42,897 bases of DNA from Octopus bimaculoides. Lineage: Eukaryota. Below are positions 23,945-34,914 of this stretch, piece after piece (the first letter of the stretch is position 1; the number at the start of each line of letters is the position of its first letter). The notes below the pieces were generated by a model. The model worked only from the letters and a program-made list of their open reading frames with translations, was not told the DNA's origin and did not search any database. The DNA is taken from NCBI RefSeq assembly GCF_001194135.2, contig NC_068996.1, positions 14,006,668 through 14,049,564 of the forward strand. The letters are read 5' to 3'. The position numbers were made by a program, and so were the translations under genes.

Positions 23945-25320
23945 CCCAGTCTGTTGTCCCAGTTTTAAAGAAGGGAAACAAGTCCTTTGCAGTGAACTAC
24001 TCTCCGATCTCACTCACCTCTCATATCATCAAGATATTTGAGAGGGTGATGATATCACGAATAACACACTCCCTTGAAAGCAACAGACTGCCGAATCCCA
24101 ACCAACATGGGTTCTGTCATGAGAGGAACTGCCTAACGCAGATCCTGCATCACTTTGGTCACATTTTGGGAGAGGGCACCAACACCGATGTCCTCTACCT
24201 TGATTTCAGGGTCGATCATAAGTTTCCATTGAAAAAACTATCCAACATTGGTGTTGCTGGGAAGTTACTACAATGGATTAAGTGTTTCTTGACAGACAGA
24301 TCCCAACACGTAGTCGAAGGAGTAAAATCAAGCCCAACCAAAATCAGTAGTGGTATTCCACAAGGCACTGCGTTGGGCCCACTTCTTTTCATTATCTGCA
24401 TCAATGACATTACTGAGATCATGAAACACAGCAACATAAGAATTTTTGCAGATGATTCCAAGATCCAGAAGGTCATCAGTGAAGTAGGCAACCAGACTTG
24501 CCTTCAGTCAGCTTTACTGGCTGTCATTCAATGGACGGAAAAGAACAGTATGCTGCTGAACGTGAACAAATTTGAGTGAATCCTCTTCGGAAAAGAGGAT
24601 ACCCTGAAACTCCCATACTCCCTTTCTTCAGGTAAAACTCTCATGGCATCCAACATCAGAGACCTGGGAGTAATTATGGACAAGAACATAAGCTGGGCCG
24701 CTCATATAAACAGAAAAGTTTGCATGGCATGCAGAATGTGCTTCTGGATTCTCAGAACTTTCCAGTTGAGAGATATCCACACCATTATCCTTCCCTTGTC
24801 AACTTTTGCCGAACCTACCTTGAATAATGTTGTCCACTGTGGTTTCCCACATGAAACAAAGTATCACGAAAGCTGAAGCACTTCAAAGGTCAATTACATA
24901 AAAGATTGATGGCAAGACGGGCCTTGATTATTGGGGTCGCCTAGAAAAAAATCAAGCTTTATTCTCTCCAATGCCGCCGTGAGTGCTACATCATCTGCAA
25001 GATGTTGAAAGTATTTTATCGGAATTGTCCAAATTAAGTTGACATTACCTTTAAGATACACCCAAGATTTGGGCCTCGTGCTATCCGCCCACAACATAAA
25101 TCACATTCGCATCTCATTACAACAATACGACACAATTATTTCACCTCAACTGGTCCCGCTCTCTTTAACATTACACCAAAACCCATTAAAGCAGAAATAG
25201 ACCCCATAAAGTTTAGGAAGACTTTGGACAAATTCCTTTAAGAAATCCATGATAAACTTCCTACATCCGGTTATGAATCCGGAGACATTAACTCTCTACT
25301 CAAATGGGCTATGCTGTCCG
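23945..25320 (+). mobile_element. CR1/jockey-group LINE: RT domain through the ORF2 C-terminus, pseudogenised
   Basis: NYSPISLTSHIIKIFERV, QHGF, DVLYLDF, SGIPQGTALGPLLFIICINDI, FADDSK, LNVNKFE, IRDLGVIMD...SWAAHI; C-terminal KTLDKFL*EIHDKLPTSGY...NSLLKW. Confidence 0.92.
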
Positions 25321-25634
25321 ATTCCTGATTTAAATCACTTCGCAAGGTAATACTATTAAATTAGACATGGTCTGGTCCAATACTGGCAGAATTGTTCCAA
25401 GGAATCTAATGCTCTTAGCTTAGTTTTTCCTTGAGGCTGTCCAGATTGGAGCAATATCAAGAATAACCAGCCGAAATTGTAAGGATAATCTGGATCTCTA
25501 CTGAAGAGAGAAAACTCCAAATGACCTGTCCGTATTTTCTTTGTATCGTCTATCTGTATGTTTTCTCCCTTTCTTGTATCACCTAACTGTCTGGATGTTT
25601 TGCGTCCTTGTCCCATTCTGTATTATTTATACAT

Positions 25635-26410
25635 ATAGTTGAGTGCTTGCAATTCTATGCTATTGAACTGTATATTATTTTCATCAGCCAATTTATATAT
25701 TGTGTTAAGGCCATTGTGCAGTTTTAGGATGTCAGTAGGATCCTTGACCGACTGGGATACTTTTTATCATCGGCGTAGCTGGTGAGTGTGGCTGATTCTA
25801 TGGCTGAGGGCATGTCCGAGAGAGCAAACACAAACAGTACTGAACCCAGTCCTGTTCCCTGGAGGACTCCACTGAAGATTGGTGTCACTTCAAAAAGAGC
25901 AGCATTTGCTGTGACAGCATGACTTCTGCCCCTTAGAAAATCATGCAGACACTCTCCCAGTCTACCAGCGATATCGAGGTCACGCAACTTGGTACAAATC
26001 ATTCCATGATTGACTTTGTCAAATGCCTTGGCAAAGTCGAGATATATCACATGCACATTTCAATGGTTGAGCTGTTGGTTTAGTACCGAGTCGAAGTGGT
26101 GTAGTAGCTGTGTTAGGCAGCTTCCTCCAGGACGGAAACCATTTTGCGTGTCTGTAAGCAAGACGTTTTCCTCTAAGAACGTGGTCAGTGTTTTTCTGAC
26201 AATGCGTTCCATGATCTTGCTGACATGTGAGGTCAGAGAGATAGGCCTGTAGTTTATAGCATCTGCTCCTGTTCTCGCTTTGTGGTCAGGGCGCATTATT
26301 CCTTCTTTTAACTTTTGCGGAAATGTTCCGCATTCAAGGGAACTCTGGAAAAACATTTGCAGTGGTTTTGTAAGAGTTTTCTTGCATGTTTTTAAGAGGA
26401 TTGTGTTATA
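25635..26410 (-). mobile_element. CR1/jockey-group LINE RT fragment, pseudogenised
   Basis: LKTCKKTLTKPL, NYRPISLTSHVSKIMERIV, QNGFRPGGSCLTQLL, VIYLDFAKAFDKVNHG, SGVLQGTGLGSVLF, SYADD, IYKLADENNIQFN. Confidence 0.92.
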
Positions 26411-26495
26411 AAAAGGCATATATATATACGTCCTGTGCCGACATATGAATATTTTTATACGTATAGATGTAAGTATGTACATATACGTATGTATG

Positions 26496-26549
<54 letters not shown>

Positions 26550-26998
26550 NNNNNNNNNNNNNNNNNNNNNNNNNNNNNNNNNNNNNNNNNNNNNNNNNNN
26601 NNNNNNNNNNNNNNNNNNNNNNNNNNNNNNNNNNNNNNNNNNNNNNNNNNNNNNNNNNNNNNNNNNNNNNNNNNNNNNNNNNNNNNNNNNNNNNNNNNNN
26701 NNNNNNNNNNNNNNNNNNNNNNNNNNNNNNNNNNNNNNNNNNNNNNNNNNNNNNNNNNNNNNNNNNNNNNNNNNNNNNNNNNNNNNNNNNNNNNNNNNNN
26801 NNNNNNNNNNNNNNNNNNNNNNNNNNNNNNNNNNNNNNNNNNNNNNNNNNNNNNNNNNNNNNNNNNNNNNNNNNNNNNNNNNNNNNNNNNNNNNNNNNNN
26901 NNNNNNNNNNNNNNNNNNNNNNNNNNNNNNNNNNNNNNNNNNNNNNNNNNNNNNNNNNNNNNNNNNNNNNNNNNNNNNNNNNNNNNNNNNNNNNNNNN

Positions 26999-27548
26999 AA
27001 TTTAGAGAAAAACCCAAAATTATTCAATTGATTCATGAAAATCTACAATCACATATAAAAAAATTTAATATGTAAATACAATAAAAAGACCTATAATAAA
27101 CGCTTAAAAGTATAACGTTTAAAATTTTAGTTTATACTAAAGCTTCCATAAGATAACTATTGCATTTATTTTCAGTAATATTGTTAACTGTTTTATTTTA
27201 TTTATTGATAAAATAAGTATTTTTATATAAATTTATTTGATATTTATTGTTAGTCGAAATATATACATTGATTTTATTATTATTATTGTATTTTGATCTG
27301 AAGATTTTTGAATAGAACTGATTTTCGATCAATTTATTTTGAATCGATTTTATTTTATTTTATTTTCTATTTGAAAATATGGTTATGAAACACGTGTAGT
27401 CCTTTTTACTCTTTTATTATTTATTACTTTGTACTTTTTGATTTTTATTATAGGTCTTTTTGATATATTTACATATTAAATTTTTCTATATGTGATTGTG
27501 GATTTTCATGGATGAATTGAATAATTGTGGGGTTTTTCTCTAAATTAT
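26999..27548. repeat. AT-rich element with at least 110-bp terminal inverted repeats (left arm abuts an N gap)
   Basis: aatttagagaaaacccaaaattattcaattgattcatgaaaatctacaatcacatat...aaagacctataataaa (26999-27100) versus its reverse complement at 27442-27548. Confidence 0.9.
27295..27401 (+). ncRNA. Degenerate hammerhead-like motif (ACGT loop) inside the inverted-repeat element
   Basis: gat-CTGAAGA (27298-27304), stem tttttgaatagaa/ttctatttgaaaa, 9 unpaired nt, GAAAC-ACGT-GTA (27387-27398), gtc. Palindrome ACACGTGT is perfect; the helix II junction is broken. Confidence 0.45.
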
Positions 27549-27929
27549 ATATTTATATATTATATATTGTGAAATTTAATTTAATTTTCATAAATTAAAT
27601 TGAATTTTTCCCTGTAAATTTGGAATTTTTTCCCTAATATTATTATTATATATAAATATATAGATATATAAAATTTATATATATATATTAAGGATATATA
27701 TATATATAGGATCACAGTCAAGGCAGTGAAACTGACAGTGCAAAACACTTCTTTACTTTCAACAAAGTAACCTCGTAAGTCATTAATCAATCTTTACAAA
27801 TGGTAGCTAGATGGTCTTCGTAGCTTCAGCGGACGCACATGTGCATGTTCTTCTCTGTCCATCTTTCTATCTACATAAACATAAATGTGTGTATGTGTGT
27901 GTGTCTGTGTGTGTGTGTGAATTACACTG

Positions 27930-28222
27930 CGTTACACCTTAGATAAGTGTCCTCTTTTATAGCCTCGAGCCAACCAGGCCCTTGAGTGGATTTGGTAGAA
28001 GGAGACTAAAAAGAAGCCCACCTCATATATATGTGTGTGTGTTTGTCCCCACCACTGCTTGACAACCAGCGTTGGCTTCCTCACCTTACAGTAACCTAGC
28101 CATTCAACACAGGATGCAATAGAATAAGTACTAGCTTGCAAAAATAAGCATGGGGGTCGATTCTTTCAATACGTTTCCCCAGAATGACCACAGTCTAATG
28201 ACTGAAACAAGTAAAAGATATT
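27930..28222 (+). mobile_element. Family A SINE, 5'-truncated
   Basis: ttatagcctcgagccaacc...gagtggatttggtag...cttgacaacc...atagaataagtact...gggggtcgatt...atgactgaaacaagtaaaaga. Confidence 0.85.
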
Positions 28223-28549
28223 TGCGCTTGTATATGTGTATATTTATATGTGTGTATGTATATATGTATGCATGTTAGTTTAGAGGTGAAGACAGGCAAG
28301 CAACTGGTATCTGGCCCCACTATGATATTTAAATATTTATACAACATATTTGAAAAAAGAGTATTTAGAAAGTTTGAATTGCAAGATTACAACCAAAATC
28401 CGGGTGACACTGTTCACAATGTTTGTGACATATGCTACTATTCCCCGTCAATGGGTATAAAGTCGTAGTGTTGATGCTGCATAGTAAAGCAGGTCATCAT
28501 AGGTAAAATCTAAAACTGGACGAAAGAAAGGAAGAAGGTATGCAGGTAA

Positions 28550-28683
28550 GCCCTTACAGCTGTTTCGAAAATAGATGTGTAGCAGGTGCAGTTTCCTGTA
28601 GGCAAGTTGCAACCAACATTTTTGTGGCAATTCAATCTAATCTAACGGAAACTGAATATACCTATCCATCTCGTCAGATGGTA
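28550..28683 (-). ncRNA. Minimal type-I hammerhead-like motif with a 104-nt helix II insertion
   Basis: Minus strand: CTGACGA (28677-28671), ga(t)ggatag/ctattttc stem (G-C closing, one bulge, two G.U), GAAAC-AGCT-GTA (28566-28555) with perfect palindrome ACAGCTGT; helix I is weak. Confidence 0.55.
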
Positions 28684-28704
28684 TCACCCACGGAACTTTA
28701 AGTC

Positions 28705-28850
28705 ATGTGGTGTGGTTACTTCCCATCTACCTGGTTCTGGTTCAGTCCCACAGTAAGATACTTCGATCAAGCTTCTTCTACTATGGCCTCGACCTGACTT
28801 GTGAATGGATTTCGTAAGCAGAAACTGAAATTAGCTCATCGTATATATAC
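28705..28850 (+). mobile_element. Family A SINE 5' part, degenerate
   Basis: gtggtgtggttacttccc...ggttcagtcccac...cttctactatggcctcg...gaaactgaaa. Confidence 0.7.
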
Positions 28851-29146
28851 ACGAATGCACACGAATGTGTATACTTTAGACTCCCTGATCTCCAAGATAC
28901 ACTTTATCAAGTAACATAACTCCAGAAATCATATGGAGTAGCCCATGTCGGTCGCTTGTATTCATGATTGTAATATTTTGGTTAATTCAAATAAAAGCAC
29001 TTAAATAAATTGGTGGAAAAAACCGTAACGAAGTTATGTGACAATCCAACACTTGGCACCCCATTTTCATTCATTTGAAAAGAGGCAAAATTTATACAAA
29101 TCTTTAAAATGATAACTAAAATGTTATGCAAGCTTGTCGCTGTTAA

Positions 29147-29700
29147 TGGTTTCAAATTTTGGCACAAGGCCTGCAAATTTTACGGGACGAAAAAAGTCCA
29201 TCACGTTGCCCACAGTGCTAAATTGGGACTTATTTTATCGATCTGAAAGTATGAAAAGGCAAAATCGATCTCGCTAATATTTGAACTCAGAACAAAAGAG
29301 CCATAGAAATGTCCTTAAGCATATATTGGCCGATACACTAACGATTCTCAAGCTCACCACCTTTAATAACGACACAGAGCCGCCAGTTTTTTAGGGGAGG
29401 GGTAAGTCAATTACATAGACCCAAGTTCTTGAGTGATGCTTATTTTATCGAGCCTGAAAAAAATTTAAAAGTGAAATTGACCTCGGCACAATTTGAACTC
29501 AGAACGTCAAGAGCGAGACGAAATATCCTTTTCTACACTAGGCACAAAGCTCGAAGTTTTGTGGGACGGGCCCCAGTCGATTAGATCGATCCCAGTACGC
29601 AACTGGTACTTAATTTATCGATCCTGAAAGGATGAAAGGCGAAGTCGACCTCGGTGGAATTTGAACTCAGAACGTAAAGACCGACGAAATATCGCTAAGC
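29147..29700 (-). mobile_element. Three tandem family C (Nin/Deu-like) SINE copies
   Basis: cttattttatcga...atttgaactcagaac recurs at about 29230, 29440 and 29610. The third copy (cttaatttatcgatcctgaaaggatgaaaggcgaagtcgacctcggtggaatttgaactcagaacg) is the least diverged. Confidence 0.88.
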
Positions 29701-29704
29701 AGAA

Positions 29705-30420
29705 TCTACAGGATACGAACAATCGAAGCAAGAGAAGTCCCAGACTTTTGAGTGAAATATTTGGCAAATGCCGACAAATTTCTTGCAGAGATATTCAACC
29801 ATTTACTAAAAGAATTCGAAATAACAATAAAATTACTCTCCAAAAGAAAAACCCATTTTAGTCCGAAAGACTGGCAGAATATCAAACCACAAAAAACTAC
29901 AGATCCGTGTCCTGTAATATCTTAGCGATGTTATTATAGGAAACCATAAAGACCAGTCGGGAAAAAATCCATCAGAAAATGGTTCTTAAAAAGAGTGATA
30001 TGGTTGTAAATATCGGTTTGTGATCTTCAGAGCGCTAACAGTAGAGACTTGGATTGGTTTGAATTTATTGCCAGAAGTCTTTTTGATAGTGTTGGCCACA
30101 CATGGATTCTGGAAACATTAGCTACGAGTAATATATATCTCCAAAAGCAAACAGGTTGATTAAACATAGCATTTATAAATGGAGAGCAGTTGTACTGGTC
30201 TATGTAAGCAAAGAGATTTCAAAACCAAACCCAATTTCTATTAGAAGAGAAAAGTTCCACTGGGTCTCCTTTATTCGTTCTGCATTTCTTGAAGAAGAAT
30301 ATTTTGAGAATAAGTGTGAACAACGGAGGGCTACAATGCAATGATTGTCTAAAGCCGGTAAACGTTGTATGAGGAAGTTTTACTTCACGGTTATTCGATT
30401 TACTAAATATAAACACGTAA
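29705..30420 (+). mobile_element. RLE-type non-LTR retrotransposon RT fragment (R4/NeSL-like), heavily decayed
   Basis: FLAEIFNHLL, KNYRSV, QKSF-DSVGHTWILETLA (cf. DYQKAFDSVPHSWI), and PISIRREKFHWVSF at the position of IRRGIFQGDSLSP. Confidence 0.65.
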
Positions 30421-30449
30421 TCATTTTCAAATCAGCACTGTCTTCTTAA

Positions 30450-30930
30450 GACTCAAGAAATGTCACGCAGAATAATATAATGTTTGATTTAGAATAGGAG
30501 ACTGGATATACACAGCTCGATGAACTTTGGTCATGGGTCTGTTATAAAAGTGTTCTGTGGGGGCCATTCAACAGCAGCAATTCCGACAACAATTCTTATG
30601 AATGATCCAAGGATAAAGGAATATCACCCTGGAAAATGTAATGTCTGATTTATGAAAAGAGACAGGATGTATGCGACTGGACATTCTTTAGTCGTATGTA
30701 TGTTTTACAAGTGTCATGCAGGGACCAAACAGCAACAACAACAACGACAACATTTCTCACGTTCAATGATCCAAAAATGAAAGGAAAGTCACGCTGGATA
30801 ATGTGATATCTAATTTAGGAAAAGAGACAGGATATTTACAGCTTGAAGTTCTTTGGTCGTTGGTCATTTCGAAACATTACCGAATCACCATAACCTGAAC
30901 AACAGGAATAAAGGAAATCCCAGGCCTTTG
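30450..30930 (+). repeat. Degenerate tandem repeat of about 163-bp units with residual coding signature
   Basis: Units start at 30456, 30617 and 30782: RNVTQNNIMFDLE*ETGYTQLDELWS, RNITLENVMSDL*KETGCMRLDIL*S and RKVTLDNVISNLGKETGYLQLEVLWS. Confidence 0.8.
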
Positions 30931-30984
30931 ACAAAAATATCTGACAAATACAGATTACTTGCAGATATCTTTTATCTATTTTTA

Positions 30985-31182
30985 TGCTTTTCTTATTTCA
31001 GTCATTGAACTGCGGCTACGAATCAACATCAGTATTTATTTTTTATTATATCTAGTACATATTCTATCGGTTGCTCTTGCTGAACTTCTAGGCTACAAGG
31101 ATATAAACAAACACTGCTGACAAAGAGGGGGAATAAAGAAAAATATACACACAAATACACACGTATGAATGTATGTATGTGC

Positions 31183-31249
<67 letters not shown>

Positions 31250-31397
31250 ACAGGTTTCTTTCAGTCAGTCTACCAAATCCATTCGCAAAGGTTTGGTCGG
31301 CCCGAGGTTAAAGAAGACCAAAGACTAAGGCGCCACGAAGTGTGACTGAACCTGAAACCATGTGGTTAGAAAAACAATCTTATCACTCAGCCATGCT
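30985..31397 (-). mobile_element. Family A SINE, full length, with expanded internal (TA)n
   Basis: Tail tttcagtcattgaactgcggc at about 31000, internal microsatellite, head ...accaaatccattcg...gaaaccatgtggttag...ctcagccatg at 31250-31397. Confidence 0.8.
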
Positions 31398-31404
31398 GAC
31401 AAAA

Positions 31405-31710
31405 TCCGGAATAACAATAAAACTACACTCCAAAAGAAAAATCAATTTAATCCCAAACATTGGAAGAACATCAAAGTAAAAAACTACAGATCCGTGCCCT
31501 GTAATGTCTTAGCGATATTATCATAGGAAACTATAAAGACCGGTCGGAAGAAAAAATCCATCTGAAAATGGTTCTTAAAAAGAATGATGTGGTTGTAAAT
31601 ATCGGTTTGTGATCTTCGGAGCGCTAACTGTAGAGACTCGGACTGGTATGAATTAATTACCAGAAGTCCTTTTGATAGTGGTGGCCACACATGGATTTTA
31701 GAAGGATTAG
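31405..31710 (+). mobile_element. Second copy of the RLE-type RT segment at 29815-30120
   Basis: About 300-bp direct homology; translates KNYRSVPCNVLAIL...INYQKSFDSGGHTWILEGL. Confidence 0.8.
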
Positions 31711-31784
31711 GTATGAATAATATATACATACACGTGCACGCGCACGCGCGCACACAGACTCACACATGCACACACAAACTCTAC

Positions 31785-33010
31785 TCCCCATGGTTTCAGG
31801 TTCAATCCCACTATGTAGTCCGTTGGATAACTTGTAGCCCCAGGCCGAACAATGTTTACGGAAACTGAAAGAAGCTTGTCGTACATATATGTATATATAT
31901 ATATATATNNNNNNNNNNNNNNNNNNNNNNNNNNNNNNNNNNNNNNNNNNNNNNNNNNNNNNNNNNNNNNNNNNNNNNNNNNNNNNNNNNNNNNNNNNNN
32001 NNNNNNNNNNNNNNNATATATATGTATGTGTGTGTGTATATACATACATATATATACGCACGCACATTCATATGCACATACATACGCACATACATACATA
32101 CATACATACATACATACATACATACATACATACATGCATATATATATACATGTGTGCGTGTGCGTCACTTTCTGCTTGTTTTGTCACCTACCACGACTTG
32201 ACAAGCGGTGTTGGGTTGTTTATGACCATGTAACAGAGCGGTTCGACAAAGACATTGATAAAATAAGTACCAGGCTCTCAAAATGAGCACAGCATTTAAC
32301 TTGTTTGATTAAATGCGTTTGGGGAGGTGCCCCACCATAGCTAGCCACAGTCCAATGGCTGAAATAAATAAAAGAGGAAAGAAAGATTAATATATAAGGA
32401 GCGGCTGTGTGGTAAGTAGCTTGCTTACTAACCACATGGTTCCGGGTTCATTCCCACTACGTGGCAACTTGGGCAAGTGACTTTTACTTTAGCCTCGAGC
32501 CGACCAAAGCCCTGTGAGTGGATTTGGTAGACGGAAACTGAAAGAAGCTCGTAGTATATATATATGCGTGTGTATATGTTTGTGTCTGACCCCCCCCCCC
32601 TCAACATCGCTTGACAACCGATGCTGGTGTGTTTACGTCCCCGTAACCTAGCGGTTCGGCAAAAGAGACCGATAGAATAAGTACTGGGCTTACAAAGAAT
32701 AAGTCCTGGGGTCGATTTACTCGACTAAAGGCGGTGCTCCAGCATGGCTGCAGTCAAAGTGACTGAGACAAGTAAAAGAGTAAAAAAATAAAAAAATATA
32801 TAAGCGCAGCCATTCTTATGTTGTTAGAAGTTTGCTTCCAAACCACACGGTCCCAGGTTCTTCCCCCATTGCGCGGAACCTTGAGCAAGTATCTTCTGTT
32901 ATAGTCCTGAGCCGACCAAAGCCTTGCCATTAGATTTAACTGACGGAAACTGAAAGAAACCCGTTGTGTATATGCGTGTGTGTGTGTTTGTGTGTGCGTG
33001 CACGTACGTA

Positions 33011-33054
<44 letters not shown>

Positions 33055-33580
33055 AACATATCTTCATGTATGTATCTTTTGTATGTTTGTCCCCCACCAC
33101 CGCTTGACAACCTGTATTGATACTCTTACATCTCCGTAACATAATTGCTTGCCAAAGGAGTATGATAGGAAATGAACGAGGCTTTAAAAAGATGCCGAAG
33201 TACTGGGAGCTATTCGTTTGGTTAGCTCTAACCGCTATCCAATAATTGAAACAAGTAAAATATAAAAGTTAACCACCGGGTTCCATTTGCTGGGCTGAAA
33301 CTTTCAAGTTGGCGCTCCAGCATGTTTGACCACTGTCCAGTAACTACAAGCAGGTAACTGATAAAGATAAGTGATGCCATCGAATTGTTCGACTAAAACA
33401 AAACCCCTTCAAGTTGGTGTTCTACCGTTGCCGTAATCCAATGATGCAGTATGTAAACAAATAAAAGCAATATCAAATATATATATTGGGGTCGATTTGT
33501 TCGACTAAACGCTTCAAGGTCGTGTCTCCGTATGACCGGTCACAGTCCAATGACCAAAACAAGTAAAAGATAAAAGATTA
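31785..33580 (+). mobile_element. Head-to-tail cluster of family A SINEs: three longer copies plus three extra 3' tails
   Basis: Copies at about 31785-32390 (gapped), 32398-32780 and 32805-33270. Tails (ggggtcgatttg.tcgactaaa...gactgaaacaagtaaaag-like) at about 33270-33360, 33370-33470 and 33485-33580. Confidence 0.85.
32398..32780 (+). mobile_element. Best-preserved family A tRNA-derived CORE-like SINE (resembles the octopus OR families)
   Basis: A-box-like cggctgtgtgg, B-box ggttcattccc, CORE-like gtggcaacttgggcaagtgac, internal (TA/TG)n, tail ...ggggtcgatttactcgactaaaggcggtgctccagcatggctgcagtc...actgagacaagtaaaagag. The family name is from memory of the literature. Confidence 0.85.
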
Positions 33581-33599
33581 TTAAATACCCAAGTGATTG

Positions 33600-34059
33600 A
33601 AAAAGTTGTTCTAAATATATTGCTCAAATGTCTTCAGAGAATAAAAAAAAAAAATCCTATACTCTGGGAGATATTAATATATGTAATTTAGACAGAGGGA
33701 TTAATGGAAACTAGACAGATAGTTTGATTTATTGTCGAAGACGACAAGATAATGAAATGATCTTCTAATCAATAGATCAATTCGTCTGGAGGAGAATATA
33801 TATATTTGATTGAAATGAAAGAACTATAACAATGTCTTTTAAATTTTGGTAAAAGGACGGAAAGTTCAGTAAATATAAAGATCTAGAAATCGAAATACAA
33901 AATACATAGCTTTATAAAGTGAAAACCATCTCAGATGTTGAGAGTATCCTTGGTGTAATACAAAAAGGATAAGATCTCAGTGTACCCTTCTTTCACAGAG
34001 ATCCAACAGATTGTGTTGATAAATACCAGCTTCACCCTTAGAAAAGCACTATTAATGTA
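33600..34059 (+). mobile_element. R4/Dong-like RLE endonuclease and ORF C-terminus fragment
   Basis: DRGINGN*TDSL (cf. DRxIxANRPDIV), IYLIEM, KYKDLEIEI, ILGVIQKG, then IQQIVLINTSFTLRKALLM (cf. EIQKIVLMxTAHILRKxL). Confidence 0.75.
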
Positions 34060-34860
34060 CAGGTTGTTCCAGAAAGATTTACCCTTGTTTAAATCTTCCT
34101 AAAGAATATCAATTCGGATAAATATTATCTACATTTTAATTAAAAATAGGCATATGCCTTTTGATCAAATTGTCTATTGTTTCGTTCGTCTATAACAATG
34201 TTTGTAAACAAACATGGCGTCGAAATTAAAACGTGATCAGTTTGTCACTTTAAAAACAACTGTAGTGAGCAACAAGGACATAAGAAAATAGTTGAATGCG
34301 TGCCGTAAAACAGTGTTCAATACCTAAAAACGGTTTATGGACTCCTCTACCACCTCTAGTTGGCCAATTCCTGATCAGAAACGATCAATTCGTACAAAAC
34401 AAACTGTTGAAGCTGTGAAGAAGCGAAGGAACCAAAATCCCTGCAGAAGGGCAATGCAAACTGCAAATCGTCAATGCACAGGATTTTTAAAAAGGATTTG
34501 CAGCTAACTGATTACAAGAAACCATCCTGGCACTTAATTTCATCAGATTCTAAGAAGAAACGGCTCGACAGGGGTAAAACCATATTAACTGAGGTGAAGC
34601 GCACCGCTAAGAAAGCATTGATCTGGTCCGACGAGAAGATCTTCACCGTGGAGGCAGTTACCAACAGGCAGAATGACAGGCTTTACGCTCGTAATGCAGG
34701 AGACTCGCTTGAATGTAGCAAGAGTCATTTCTGTCATCAGAAGCCAACTTCACTCATGGTGTGGGCCACAGTTGCATCTGATGGGTCCAAGTCTCCCTTG
34801 ATCTTCATCGATGTTGGCGTCAAGATCAACAGTGAAGTTTATACAGAAATGTGGGATGAG
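34060..34860 (+). mobile_element. maT/DD37D-like (Bmmar1-type) Tc1/mariner-superfamily transposon, left end with a 3'-truncated transposase pseudogene
   Basis: TA|CAGGTTGTTCCAGAAAG TIR-like start. ATG at 34214 (MASKLKRDQ...NKDIRK*LNACRKTVFN, HTH-like); LIWSDEKIFTVEAVTNRQNDRLYA; QKPTSLMVWATVASDGSKSPLIFIDVGVKINSEVY. Confidence 0.85.
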
Positions 34861-34914
34861 TGTTACCCTGGGTAGTAGTAGTAGTAGTATTAGTAGTAGT
34901 AGTAGTAGTAAAAT

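Noticed and set aside
29815-31710. Direct repeats read as LTRs of an LTR element
   Set aside because: No TG...CA termini, PBS or PPT, and the repeats translate as non-LTR RT motifs.
32398-32470. tRNA gene candidates at SINE heads with A and B boxes
   Set aside because: No cloverleaf could be formed and each continues into a repeated SINE body; these are tRNA-derived SINEs.
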